Below, in pieces: positions 9,923 through 17,669 of a DNA stretch of 54,208 nucleotides. The translations under genes and the position numbers were made by a program. The number at the start of each line of letters is the position of its first letter. Position 1 is the stretch's first letter. This DNA is from an uncultured Myxococcales bacterium (lineage in GTDB: Bacteria; Myxococcota_A; UBA9160; SZUA-336). The stretch is from positions 1-54,208 of the forward strand of contig CAZOTO010000004.1 of the NCBI GenBank assembly GCA_964582775.1, written 5' to 3'. Below the pieces are notes generated by a model, which had not been told where the DNA came from, ran no database searches, and saw nothing but the letters and a program-made list of their open reading frames with translations.

Positions 9923-10011
9923 CGCGCGCACTCTACCCCACTGCCCGGCTTCGCGGTCCGTCCCGCACGGTGCGGCCTGTGAACCCACTCGAGCACGCTA
10001 CTCTCCGCGCG

Positions 10012-11100
10012 GTGAGAGTCGCAATCGTGATCGAGCGCTACGCGCCCGCGGCAGGAGGCGTCGAGGGGGTGGCACACGCTCTCGCCGCGGAGCTCGCGCG
10101 CCGGGGCCTGGCGCCGACGATCGTGTGCCGCGAGACGCGGGCCGAGCCGCCGCCGGGGGTGGCGCTCGAGGTCCTCGGCGCGATCTCGCGTTGGCAGCCG
10201 CTGCGCCTCGCATCGTTCTCGCGGCGCGCGCAAGCGGCCACGCGCGGGCGCTTCGACGTCGTTCACGGCTTCGCGCGCACGCGACACCAGGACATCTACC
10301 GAGCGGGCGGCGGCAGCCACGCCGCCTACCTCGAGAACGTGTACCACCACCCGCGCTTGCAGCGGCTCTCGCCTCGCCATTTCGCGATCCTCTCCATCGA
10401 AGAGGCCGTCTTCCGCGATCCGCACCAGATCATCCAGTGCAACTCTCAGCTCGTCGCCCGCGATCTCGCCGCACGCTACGCGATCGCACCGCAGCGGCTG
10501 GTGACGATCGTGAACGGCGTCGACACCGAGCGCTTCCATCCGCGCCTTCGCGAGGCCGACCGTGCGCGCGTGCGCGGCGAGCTCGGCCTCGACGGCGCCG
10601 TGGCCCTCTTCGTGGGCAGCGGGTTCGCGCGCAAGGGGCTCGACCGGGCGATCCGCGGGCTCGCGGCCTGCGGCGCGAAGGGGACGCTCGTGGTCGCGGG
10701 CCGGGGCGACTCCACGCCGTACGCGCGGCTCGCCCGCGAGCTCGGCATCGGGAACGCGGTGCGCTTCGCGGGCGAGCGCCACGACGTGGAGCGCTTGCAT
10801 GCGGCGGCGGATCTCTTCGTGCTGCCCACGCGCTACGACCCGTTCTCCAATGCGTGCCTCGAGGCGATGGCCTCGGGCCTCGCCGTCGCCACGACTCCGA
10901 CGAACGGGGCGGCCGAGCTCATCGAGCCCGGACGCTCCGGCTTCCTGTGCGACGAGGACTTCTCCCCGGCCTTCGCCCGACTCGCGGATCTGGAAGCGCT
11001 CGCCGCGATGGGCCGCGCGGCACGCGCCACTGCCGAGCGGCACACCTGGGCCGCGCACACCGACCGCGTGCTCGATCTCTACCGGCGGGTGGCGCGGTGA
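10012..11100 (+). CDS. Glycosyltransferase family 4 (WaaG/RfaG-like, LPS core)
   Basis: GTG at 10012 gives (M)RVAIVIERYAPAAGGVEGVA. The C-terminal GT-B EX7E region is present (PTRYDPFSNACLEAMASGLAV). The earlier part of track ORF 9763..11100 is unlikely to be coding. Confidence 0.8.
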   Translation: MRVAIVIERYAPAAGGVEGVAHALAAELARRGLAPTIVCRETRAEPPPGVALEVLGAISRWQPLRLASFSRRAQAATRGRFDVVHGFARTRHQDIYRAGGGSHAAYLENVYHHPRLQRLSPRHFAILSIEEAVFRDPHQIIQCNSQLVARDLAARYAIAPQRLVTIVNGVDTERFHPRLREADRARVRGELGLDGAVALFVGSGFARKGLDRAIRGLAACGAKGTLVVAGRGDSTPYARLARELGIGNAVRFAGERHDVERLHAAADLFVLPTRYDPFSNACLEAMASGLAVATTPTNGAAELIEPGRSGFLCDEDFSPAFARLADLEALAAMGRAARATAERHTWAAHTDRVLDLYRRVAR

Positions 11101-12356
11101 GGCACGACGAGCTCGCCCGCACGGCCGATGCCCTGCGCCGCGGAGAGACACCGGACGGTGTCGAGATCGTGAAGCGCAATCCGGTGCGCGTCGTGGCGCG
11201 GATCGGAGGCGCCGCGCTCAAGGTCTTCCTGCGCGCCTCGCGCACGCCCGCGCGCGAGGCGCGCGCTCTTGCACGCGCAGATGCACTCGGCGTACCCGTT
11301 CCGCGGCTCGTCGGCCACGGCGACGGCTGGATCGCCACCGCCTGGTGCGACGCGGGTCCCGCGCAGCGCGACGACCTCGCGCGCATCCTCCCCGTCGTCG
11401 CGCACATGCACGCGCGCGGCATGCTCCATCGCGACCTGCACCTGGGCAACCTCCTCGTGGGAGCCGAGGGGCCGATCCTGCTCGACGTACAGCGAAGCGC
11501 CTTCCTGCCGTGGATCCCCGGCTGGCTCGCGCGCTGGGAGCTCGGCTACCTGGCCTACTCGCTCGGCGAGCCCCTCCCCGCGTCGCTCGCGAACGCGCGC
11601 CGCTGGTGCGAGCGCCGCGCCCACACGCACTGGCGCAGCCGCACGAAGCGCTGCTGCAAGGAGAGCTCGGGCTTCACGGCCTTCTCCCACGGGGGCGCAA
11701 GCGGCTTCCGCCGCCGCGAGGCGGACCCGTCCGCCCTTCGCGCCGCGCTCGATGCGGCTGCCGGCGCAACACCGCTCAAGGTCGGCCTCTCGTCGCAGCT
11801 CGTGCGGCACGGCGCTTGGATCCTGAAGGAGCACGCATCACCGCGGCGGGCACGCGCGGCCTGGATCGGCGGGCATGGCCTCGAAGCGCGCGGCTTCGCG
11901 ACGGGACGGGCGCTCGCCTGGGCCGGGCGCTGGCTCGTGATGGAGGATGCGGGGCCCACGCTCATCGACTGGGTCGATGCGCAGTTCGCGCGTGCGGCGG
12001 ACGACGTCCGCCGCCAGATGGTCCTCGCTCTCGCGGATCTGCTGGCCGCCCTGCATCGACGCGGCGTCTACCACGCGGACCTCAAGGCGAACAACATCGC
12101 GTGGGCGCCGGGCGCAACGCCGCGGCTGCTCGACTACGGGCGCGTGCGCTTCGGCCGGCGCGTCGGATGGCGGCGGCGCGTGAAGAATCTGGCGCAGCTC
12201 AACGCCGCGCTTCCCGACACCGTCCCGTGCGCGCTGCGCGAGGTCGCCCTCGAGCGCTACCTCGCGACGAGCGGCTTCTGCGGGGATGCGGCGCGGCTCC
12301 GGCGAGACGTGATCGCGCTCAGCCTGCGGAGGCAGCACCGCTGGAGCGGATCGTGA
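11097..12356 (+). CDS. Lipopolysaccharide kinase (Kdo/WaaP) family protein with two kinase-like catalytic loops
   Basis: GTG at 11097 overlaps the GT4 stop (GTGA). Two catalytic-loop motifs are present, HRDLHLGNLL and HADLKANNI, each followed by an LLD-type motif. It corresponds to the last 420 aa of track ORF 9612..12356. Confidence 0.65.
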   Translation: MRHDELARTADALRRGETPDGVEIVKRNPVRVVARIGGAALKVFLRASRTPAREARALARADALGVPVPRLVGHGDGWIATAWCDAGPAQRDDLARILPVVAHMHARGMLHRDLHLGNLLVGAEGPILLDVQRSAFLPWIPGWLARWELGYLAYSLGEPLPASLANARRWCERRAHTHWRSRTKRCCKESSGFTAFSHGGASGFRRREADPSALRAALDAAAGATPLKVGLSSQLVRHGAWILKEHASPRRARAAWIGGHGLEARGFATGRALAWAGRWLVMEDAGPTLIDWVDAQFARAADDVRRQMVLALADLLAALHRRGVYHADLKANNIAWAPGATPRLLDYGRVRFGRRVGWRRRVKNLAQLNAALPDTVPCALREVALERYLATSGFCGDAARLRRDVIALSLRRQHRWSGS

Positions 12357-12639
12357 CCCACTTGTAGTACGAGCTTCCGAGCGAACCGGAGCTGCCGTCC
12401 TCGACCAGGAAGCGCGGCTTCGTGGGCGCGGTGGAGAGAATCGTCTGGAACGCCTCGATCTTCTTCGGCAGGTCCGCCTGGTTCGGGCTGTGGAAGATGA
12501 TGTCGATGCTCGGCTTCGTCGCCAGTACGTTCAGCACCAACGTGGCCAGCTGGAACAGCTTCTGCGGTCCCTCCATGCTCTCCACCGAGAAGCACGGAAC
12601 GGCGACGTCCTCCAAATCGAAACTGTACTCGACTCGCAT
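12319..12639 (-). CDS. Hypothetical protein (106 aa), no family recognised
   Basis: ATG at 12639 is preceded by GGAAGG. The amino-acid composition is balanced (K, I, F, N, Q present), unlike the GC artefact ORFs. GC is locally lower. The 3' end overlaps the convergent kinase gene by 38 nt. Confidence 0.55.
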   Translation of the reverse strand: MRVEYSFDLEDVAVPCFSVESMEGPQKLFQLATLVLNVLATKPSIDIIFHSPNQADLPKKIEAFQTILSTAPTKPRFLVEDGSSGSLGSSYYKWVTIRSSGAASAG

Positions 12640-12811
12640 GGGGCCCTTCCTTCGGCGACGGGGCGGCGCTCGATCGCACGCCGCGCCGTACTGTAGGGCA
12701 GATCGCCGCGCGGAGCAGTGGGCGGATCGGGTCGTGCAGCGGCTTCCGGCGGGCCGGCGACGGGAGTGCTACAACGAGAGCGGCCGCCCCCGGCGCCGCA
12801 GAGGCCGCGCG

Positions 12812-13246
12812 ATGCAGCTCACCACGTTCACCGACTACTCGTTCCGCGTGCTGATCTTCCTCGGGATCCACCGCGCCGAGCTCGTCTCCATCGCGCAGAT
12901 CTCCGAGGCCTACGGCATCTCGAAGAACCACCTGATGAAGGTGGTGCACCATCTGGGGCAGGTGGGCCTGATCGACACCGTGCGCGGCCGCGGCGGAGGC
13001 ATCCGGCTCGCCCACGCCCCCGAGCAGATCGGCCTCGGCGACGTGGTGCGCAAGACCGAGCCACACCTCGACATCGTGGAGTGCTTCGACCCGGAGAGGA
13101 CGGAGTGCGCAATCGTCCCCGCGTGCGCGCTCACCCGCGTGCTCGCGCACGCCCGTGACGCCTTCCTCGCGGTGCTCGACGACTACACGCTCGCGGATCT
13201 GATCCGCCCCAAGCGCCAGCTGCGGCAGCTCATCCCGCTCGGCTGA
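12812..13246 (+). CDS. Rrf2 family transcriptional regulator (NsrR/IscR-like)
   Basis: Starts MQLTTFTDYSFRVLIFLG, the typical Rrf2 N-terminal wHTH. Has a three-Cys cluster (ECFDPERTECAIVPAC) and the GGGIRLA motif. Confidence 0.85.
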   Translation: MQLTTFTDYSFRVLIFLGIHRAELVSIAQISEAYGISKNHLMKVVHHLGQVGLIDTVRGRGGGIRLAHAPEQIGLGDVVRKTEPHLDIVECFDPERTECAIVPACALTRVLAHARDAFLAVLDDYTLADLIRPKRQLRQLIPLG

Positions 13247-13261
13247 CCGCGGCGCCCCGCA

Positions 13262-14056
13262 TCACTCCAGACCGATCAGCTTCGTGAGCCCGTAGCGGTG
13301 GCCGGCCGTGTATCCGCCGTCGACCGCGATCGCCTGACCGCTCACGAACGAGGCGTCGTCCGAGGCGAGGAAGAAGGCGACGCTCGCCACCTCGTCCGCG
13401 CGCCCGAAGCGGCCGAGCTTGTGCTGGTCGCGGATCCCCTCGAGGAAGGGCGCAAGCGCCTCGGCCTGGAAGGTGGCGCGAAACAACGGTGTGTCGATGA
13501 AGCCCGGGCAGATGCAGTTCGCGCGGATGCCGAGCCGCCCGTAGTCCATGGCCAGGTTCTTGGTGAGGAGCACCACGCCGCCCTTCGAGGCGTTGTAGGT
13601 GCTTCCGCCCTCGCTGCCCTCGAGGCCTTCCACGCTCGCGACGGTAACGATGCTGCCCGAGCGCCGGGCCATCATCGGCGGCAGGGCGGCGCGCACACTG
13701 AGGAACGTCCCCTTCAGGTTCACGTTCTGCACCTCGTCCCACGCCTGCTCGGAAACCATGTGCACGGGACCGCCACCCGCGATGCCCGCCGCGGTCACGA
13801 GCACGTCGAGCCGCCCGTGCACGCGCACGACATCGGCGACCACGTCCTTCTGCGCCTTCGCATCGCACACGTCCGCCGCGAAGAAGCGCGAGCCCGGAGC
13901 GATCTGCGCCACCTCGTCCCACCCGGCGGCATCGCTGCGATCGAGCCCGATCACCGTGGCGCCCTCCCGGGCAAAGCGAAGCGCGCACGCCTGGCCGATG
14001 CCCGACGCCGCACCCGTGACGAGCGCCACCCTGCCCTGCAGACGATGAGCCTCCAT
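13262..14056 (-). CDS. SDR family oxidoreductase
   Basis: TGAASGIG cofactor motif is present. YNASK catalytic motif and PGFIDTP are also present. 264 aa. Confidence 0.85.
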   Translation of the reverse strand: MEAHRLQGRVALVTGAASGIGQACALRFAREGATVIGLDRSDAAGWDEVAQIAPGSRFFAADVCDAKAQKDVVADVVRVHGRLDVLVTAAGIAGGGPVHMVSEQAWDEVQNVNLKGTFLSVRAALPPMMARRSGSIVTVASVEGLEGSEGGSTYNASKGGVVLLTKNLAMDYGRLGIRANCICPGFIDTPLFRATFQAEALAPFLEGIRDQHKLGRFGRADEVASVAFFLASDDASFVSGQAIAVDGGYTAGHRYGLTKLIGLE

Positions 14057-14086
14057 CCGTCCTCCCGTTCGCAGCGCCTCCGCGCG

Positions 14087-15184
14087 CTACAGATCGATCA
14101 CCGTGCGGATGCCGCGGCCCTCGCGCATGTCCCGCGCGGCCTCGTTCACCTGTTCGAGCGGCCGGCGGCCGGTGATCAGCCCCTCGAGGTCGAGCCGCCC
14201 CGCGCGCCACAGCGACACGAAGCGGGGGATGTCGCGCACGGAGTTGCAGCTCCCGAGCAGCGAGCCCACGACCTTCTTCTCCGCCACCACGAGCATCACC
14301 CCGGGGGCGATCGTGATCGCCTGGTCGATCGGCGGCGCCCCCACGCATACCGTCGTGCCGCCCGCGCGCGTGGCCATCACACCCACGCTCACCAGGCTCG
14401 CCACGCCCGCGGTCTCGAAGGCATAGTCGACACCGATCCGTGTGAGGTCGCGGCAGGCGGAGACGACGTCGTCCTTCGCGGGATCGAGCACATCCGTCGC
14501 TCCGAAGCGCAGGGCAGCCTGGCGGCGCGATGCCACCGGATCGGAGACGATGACGCGAGAGGCGCCCGCGAGCCGCGCGCCCTGCACGGTCGACAGACCG
14601 ACGCCGCCGAGCCCCATCACGAGCACGGTGGCGCCCTCCTCCACGCGCGCGGTGTTGATCACCGCGCCGACGCCCGTCTGCACCGCGCAGCCGATCACGC
14701 AGGCCACGTGCAGAGGAACGTCGGAGGGAATCTTCACGGCGCCGGCCTCGGGCGTGAGCACGTACTCGGCGAACGCGCCCACGCCCAGGCCGCGGTACAC
14801 GCGCGCGCCCTTGCGCGAGAGCCCCGTCGTCCCGTCGAGGAACGAGTTCGAGGAGATCGACGACGCGTTCACGCACACGCCCGGCTCCCCGTGAAGACAG
14901 CCGTAGCAGCGGCCGCACGGCGGACAGGGCGTGAGCACCACCGAGTCGCCCACGGACAGGTCCTGCACGTCGGATCCCACCTCGACGACCACGCCCGCGG
15001 CCTCGTGTCCGACGACGATCGGCATCCCCGCAGGAAACGTCCCGTCGATCACCCCGAGATCGGAGTGGCACAGCCCGCAGTGCTTCACCGCGACGCGCAC
15101 CTGCCCCGGGCGCGGCGCCTCGATCTCGACATCGTCCACCACGTGAAGCGGTGTACCCGGAGCCTCGAGCAGTGCGGCCCTCAT
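14087..15184 (-). CDS. Zinc-dependent alcohol dehydrogenase family protein
   Basis: ATG at 15184 is preceded by GGAGGG. Motifs seen: CGLCHSD, GHEAAG, a structural zinc Cys cluster (CPPCGRCYGCLHG) and the GLGGVG Rossmann motif. Confidence 0.85.
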   Translation of the reverse strand: MRAALLEAPGTPLHVVDDVEIEAPRPGQVRVAVKHCGLCHSDLGVIDGTFPAGMPIVVGHEAAGVVVEVGSDVQDLSVGDSVVLTPCPPCGRCYGCLHGEPGVCVNASSISSNSFLDGTTGLSRKGARVYRGLGVGAFAEYVLTPEAGAVKIPSDVPLHVACVIGCAVQTGVGAVINTARVEEGATVLVMGLGGVGLSTVQGARLAGASRVIVSDPVASRRQAALRFGATDVLDPAKDDVVSACRDLTRIGVDYAFETAGVASLVSVGVMATRAGGTTVCVGAPPIDQAITIAPGVMLVVAEKKVVGSLLGSCNSVRDIPRFVSLWRAGRLDLEGLITGRRPLEQVNEAARDMREGRGIRTVIDL

Positions 15185-15305
15185 CGCGATCCCTCCCTCG
15201 GCAACAGTCCACATCGCGCGACCCAACCGGCCCCCCGATGCGCGAGTACGATAACATGTTTCCGATTCGGATCCGCCGACCCACCCGTGGGCAAAGGAGG
15301 AGCAC

Positions 15306-16301
15306 ATGACCCGATCGATCGCCCCGAGGAAGCTCGGCCCAGACGGCCCGGACGTGTGCCCGCTCGGCTTCGGCTGCGCAGTGCTCTCGCCCGGCTACTA
15401 CGAGCCGGTCGACGAGGCGACGGCGATCGACACCCTGCGCCATGCGATCGACCGCGGCGTGAACCTGATCGACACCTCGAACGTGTACGGCGTCGGTCAC
15501 AACGAGTCACTCGTGGGGCGCGCGATCGCCGGACGCCGCGAGAAGGTCGTGCTCGCCTCGAAGTTCGGTTGGGTGATCGACGACTCGCCCGGTGCGGCGG
15601 TGCACGTGAACTACCGCATGCCGGGAATCCGCGCGAACGGCCGCCCGGAGTACATCCGGCGGCAGATCGATGCGAGCCTGCAACGGCTCGGTGTCGACCA
15701 CCTCGACCTCTACTACCAGCATTTCCCCGACCCCGACACGCCCGTGGAGGAGACCGTGGGCGCGATGGCCGAGCTCGTGCGGGCCGGCAAGATCCTGCAC
15801 GTGGGGCTGTGCAACACCGATGCGGATCGGGTGCGGCGCGCCCACGCGATCCATCCGATCGCCGCGGTCGAGAACGAGTACTCGCTGTGGACGCGCACGC
15901 CGGAACACGAGCTGCTCGAGACGACCCGGGAGCTCGGCATCGCCTTCGTCCCGTGGTCGCCGCTCGGCTCGGGCTTCCTCGCCGCCGACATCCCCGCCGT
16001 TCCGGCGACGGACTTCCGCATCGTGCAGCCTCGCTTCGAGCCGGAGAACCTCGCGCGCAATGCGCAGCGCTTCGCACCGCTGCGACGCTTGGCAGGCGAG
16101 CTCGGCCTGACTCCGGCCCAGCTCGCGCTGGCGTGGCTGCTGCATCGCGGCGGGCACGTGATCCCCATTCCCGGCATGACGGCGCGCTGGCAGGTGGACC
16201 AGAACCTGGCGGCCGCCGAGATCGCGCTCGATGCCCACACCATGGAGGGCATCGACGAGCTCGCCCCTCTGGGCCTCGCTGCCGGGGGCGAGCTGATCTA
16301 G
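15306..16301 (+). CDS. Aldo/keto reductase
   Basis: 331 aa with typical AKR motifs: LGFGC, IDTSNVYG, VLASKFG, DLYYQH. AAGGAGGAG lies upstream of the ATG. Confidence 0.85.
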   Translation: MTRSIAPRKLGPDGPDVCPLGFGCAVLSPGYYEPVDEATAIDTLRHAIDRGVNLIDTSNVYGVGHNESLVGRAIAGRREKVVLASKFGWVIDDSPGAAVHVNYRMPGIRANGRPEYIRRQIDASLQRLGVDHLDLYYQHFPDPDTPVEETVGAMAELVRAGKILHVGLCNTDADRVRRAHAIHPIAAVENEYSLWTRTPEHELLETTRELGIAFVPWSPLGSGFLAADIPAVPATDFRIVQPRFEPENLARNAQRFAPLRRLAGELGLTPAQLALAWLLHRGGHVIPIPGMTARWQVDQNLAAAEIALDAHTMEGIDELAPLGLAAGGELI

Positions 16302-16343
16302 CTCGCATTTCTCACGAGGAGGTCGCCGAAGGGTGCGTGGGGC

Positions 16344-17669
16344 TCAGTGCCCGATCTCGCTCACGAGCTCCTCGCGCAGCGTGCGGCTCGCCTGCAGGAA
16401 GAGCAGCCCCGACACACCGCCGAACGCCGTCCCCAGCAGCAGCGAGTAGCGCACGGCCTCGGGCCCCACGCGATCGACGAGCAGATCGTTCATCCAGCCC
16501 ACGACGAACGGGCCCGCACCCATGCCGATCAGATTCAGCACGAACAGGTGGATCGCCGAAGCCGTCGCGCGCATGCGAAGCCGCACCAGCCCCTGCACCA
16601 TGGAAAGCATCGGTCCCACGTGCGCCGCACCGAGCAGATAGAACGGCAGGAACGAGAGCAGCGATGCCTTCGGGTCGCCGAAGAACAGGAAGCCGAGCGC
16701 GAACGGCACACCGGCGAGCGAGACGAACGCGGGCACGAAGGCATAGGCGCGCGGATCGCGCCGGCCGATCCGATCCGCCACCGCACCGCCGAGCAGCGCG
16801 CCGATCCCTCCACCCACACCGACGATGAGGCCGAGCCACAGGCCGATGTCGACGCGCTCCATGCCGTGCACGCGCGAGAAGAAGGTCGGCCCCCAGATGA
16901 GCACGCCGTAGCCGGAGAGCGACTGGCACGATGCCGCGGCGAGGATCCACAGGAACGTGCGTCGCGTCCGCAGGAAGCGGATCACATCGGACACGCTCTC
17001 GGTGGCGACGTCGGCGCGCCCGGCCTCGGAGAGGCCGCGGGGCAGCTCGCGCACGGTGAAGCGCACGATGAGCGCGAGGAGCAGACCCGGCGCACCCGCC
17101 ACGAAGAAGGCCGTCCGCCAGTCGAACCAGCGCTCGAGCCATCCACCGCCGAGCATGGCGATCATCGAACCGACGTAGATGCCCATTGCGTAGAAGCCGA
17201 GCGCCGCCCCCCGGCGCTCGGGCGGGAAGTAGTCCGAGATGAGCGAGTGCGCGGGTGGCGTACCCGCGGCCTCGCCGATGCCCACGCCCACCCGCGCGAG
17301 CGCGAGCTGGAGGAAGCTTCGCGCGAGACCCGAGGCGATCGTCATCGCGCTCCACAGCAGGAGGCCCACCGCGATGATCGTGCGCCGCGACGAACGATCG
17401 GCCCAGCGCGCCACGGGGATCCCCGCCAACGTGTAGAGCAGCGCAAATGCGAAGCCCGACAGGAAGCCCATCGCCGTGTCCGAGACACCGAGATCCTGCT
17501 GGATGGGCTCGAGCAGGATCGCGAGCACCTGGCGATCGATGAAGTTGAAGACGTAGACGACGAACAGGACGCCGAGCACGTAGCGCGCATATCCGGGCGA
17601 CACGGCCGCAGCGGCCGCAGCGGGCGCCGCCTCGCGGGCGCTCCCGGGCGTGGCGAGAGGCTGCGTCAC
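16344..17669 (-). CDS. MFS transporter
   Basis: 441-aa hydrophobic protein with the MFS loop motif (GIPVARWADRSSRR) and about 12 predicted TM stretches. The GTG at 17669 overlaps the stop of the upstream hybrid kinase gene (GTGA). Confidence 0.8.
   Translation of the reverse strand: MTQPLATPGSAREAAPAAAAAAVSPGYARYVLGVLFVVYVFNFIDRQVLAILLEPIQQDLGVSDTAMGFLSGFAFALLYTLAGIPVARWADRSSRRTIIAVGLLLWSAMTIASGLARSFLQLALARVGVGIGEAAGTPPAHSLISDYFPPERRGAALGFYAMGIYVGSMIAMLGGGWLERWFDWRTAFFVAGAPGLLLALIVRFTVRELPRGLSEAGRADVATESVSDVIRFLRTRRTFLWILAAASCQSLSGYGVLIWGPTFFSRVHGMERVDIGLWLGLIVGVGGGIGALLGGAVADRIGRRDPRAYAFVPAFVSLAGVPFALGFLFFGDPKASLLSFLPFYLLGAAHVGPMLSMVQGLVRLRMRATASAIHLFVLNLIGMGAGPFVVGWMNDLLVDRVGPEAVRYSLLLGTAFGGVSGLLFLQASRTLREELVSEIGH

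Noticed and set aside
9612-11096. N-terminal 495 aa of the 914-aa track ORF 9612..12356
   Set aside because: It overlaps the SBP gene in antisense and the GT4 gene out of frame, and it is Arg-rich. The credible kinase-like CDS starts at the GTG at 11097, coupled to the GT4 stop.
13230-16828. 756-aa minus-strand ORF (13230..15500) and 1176-aa plus-strand ORF (13298..16828)
   Set aside because: These are Arg/Gly/Asp-rich artefacts overlapping the SDR, ADH, AKR and MFS genes, all of which have clear catalytic or transport motifs in other frames.
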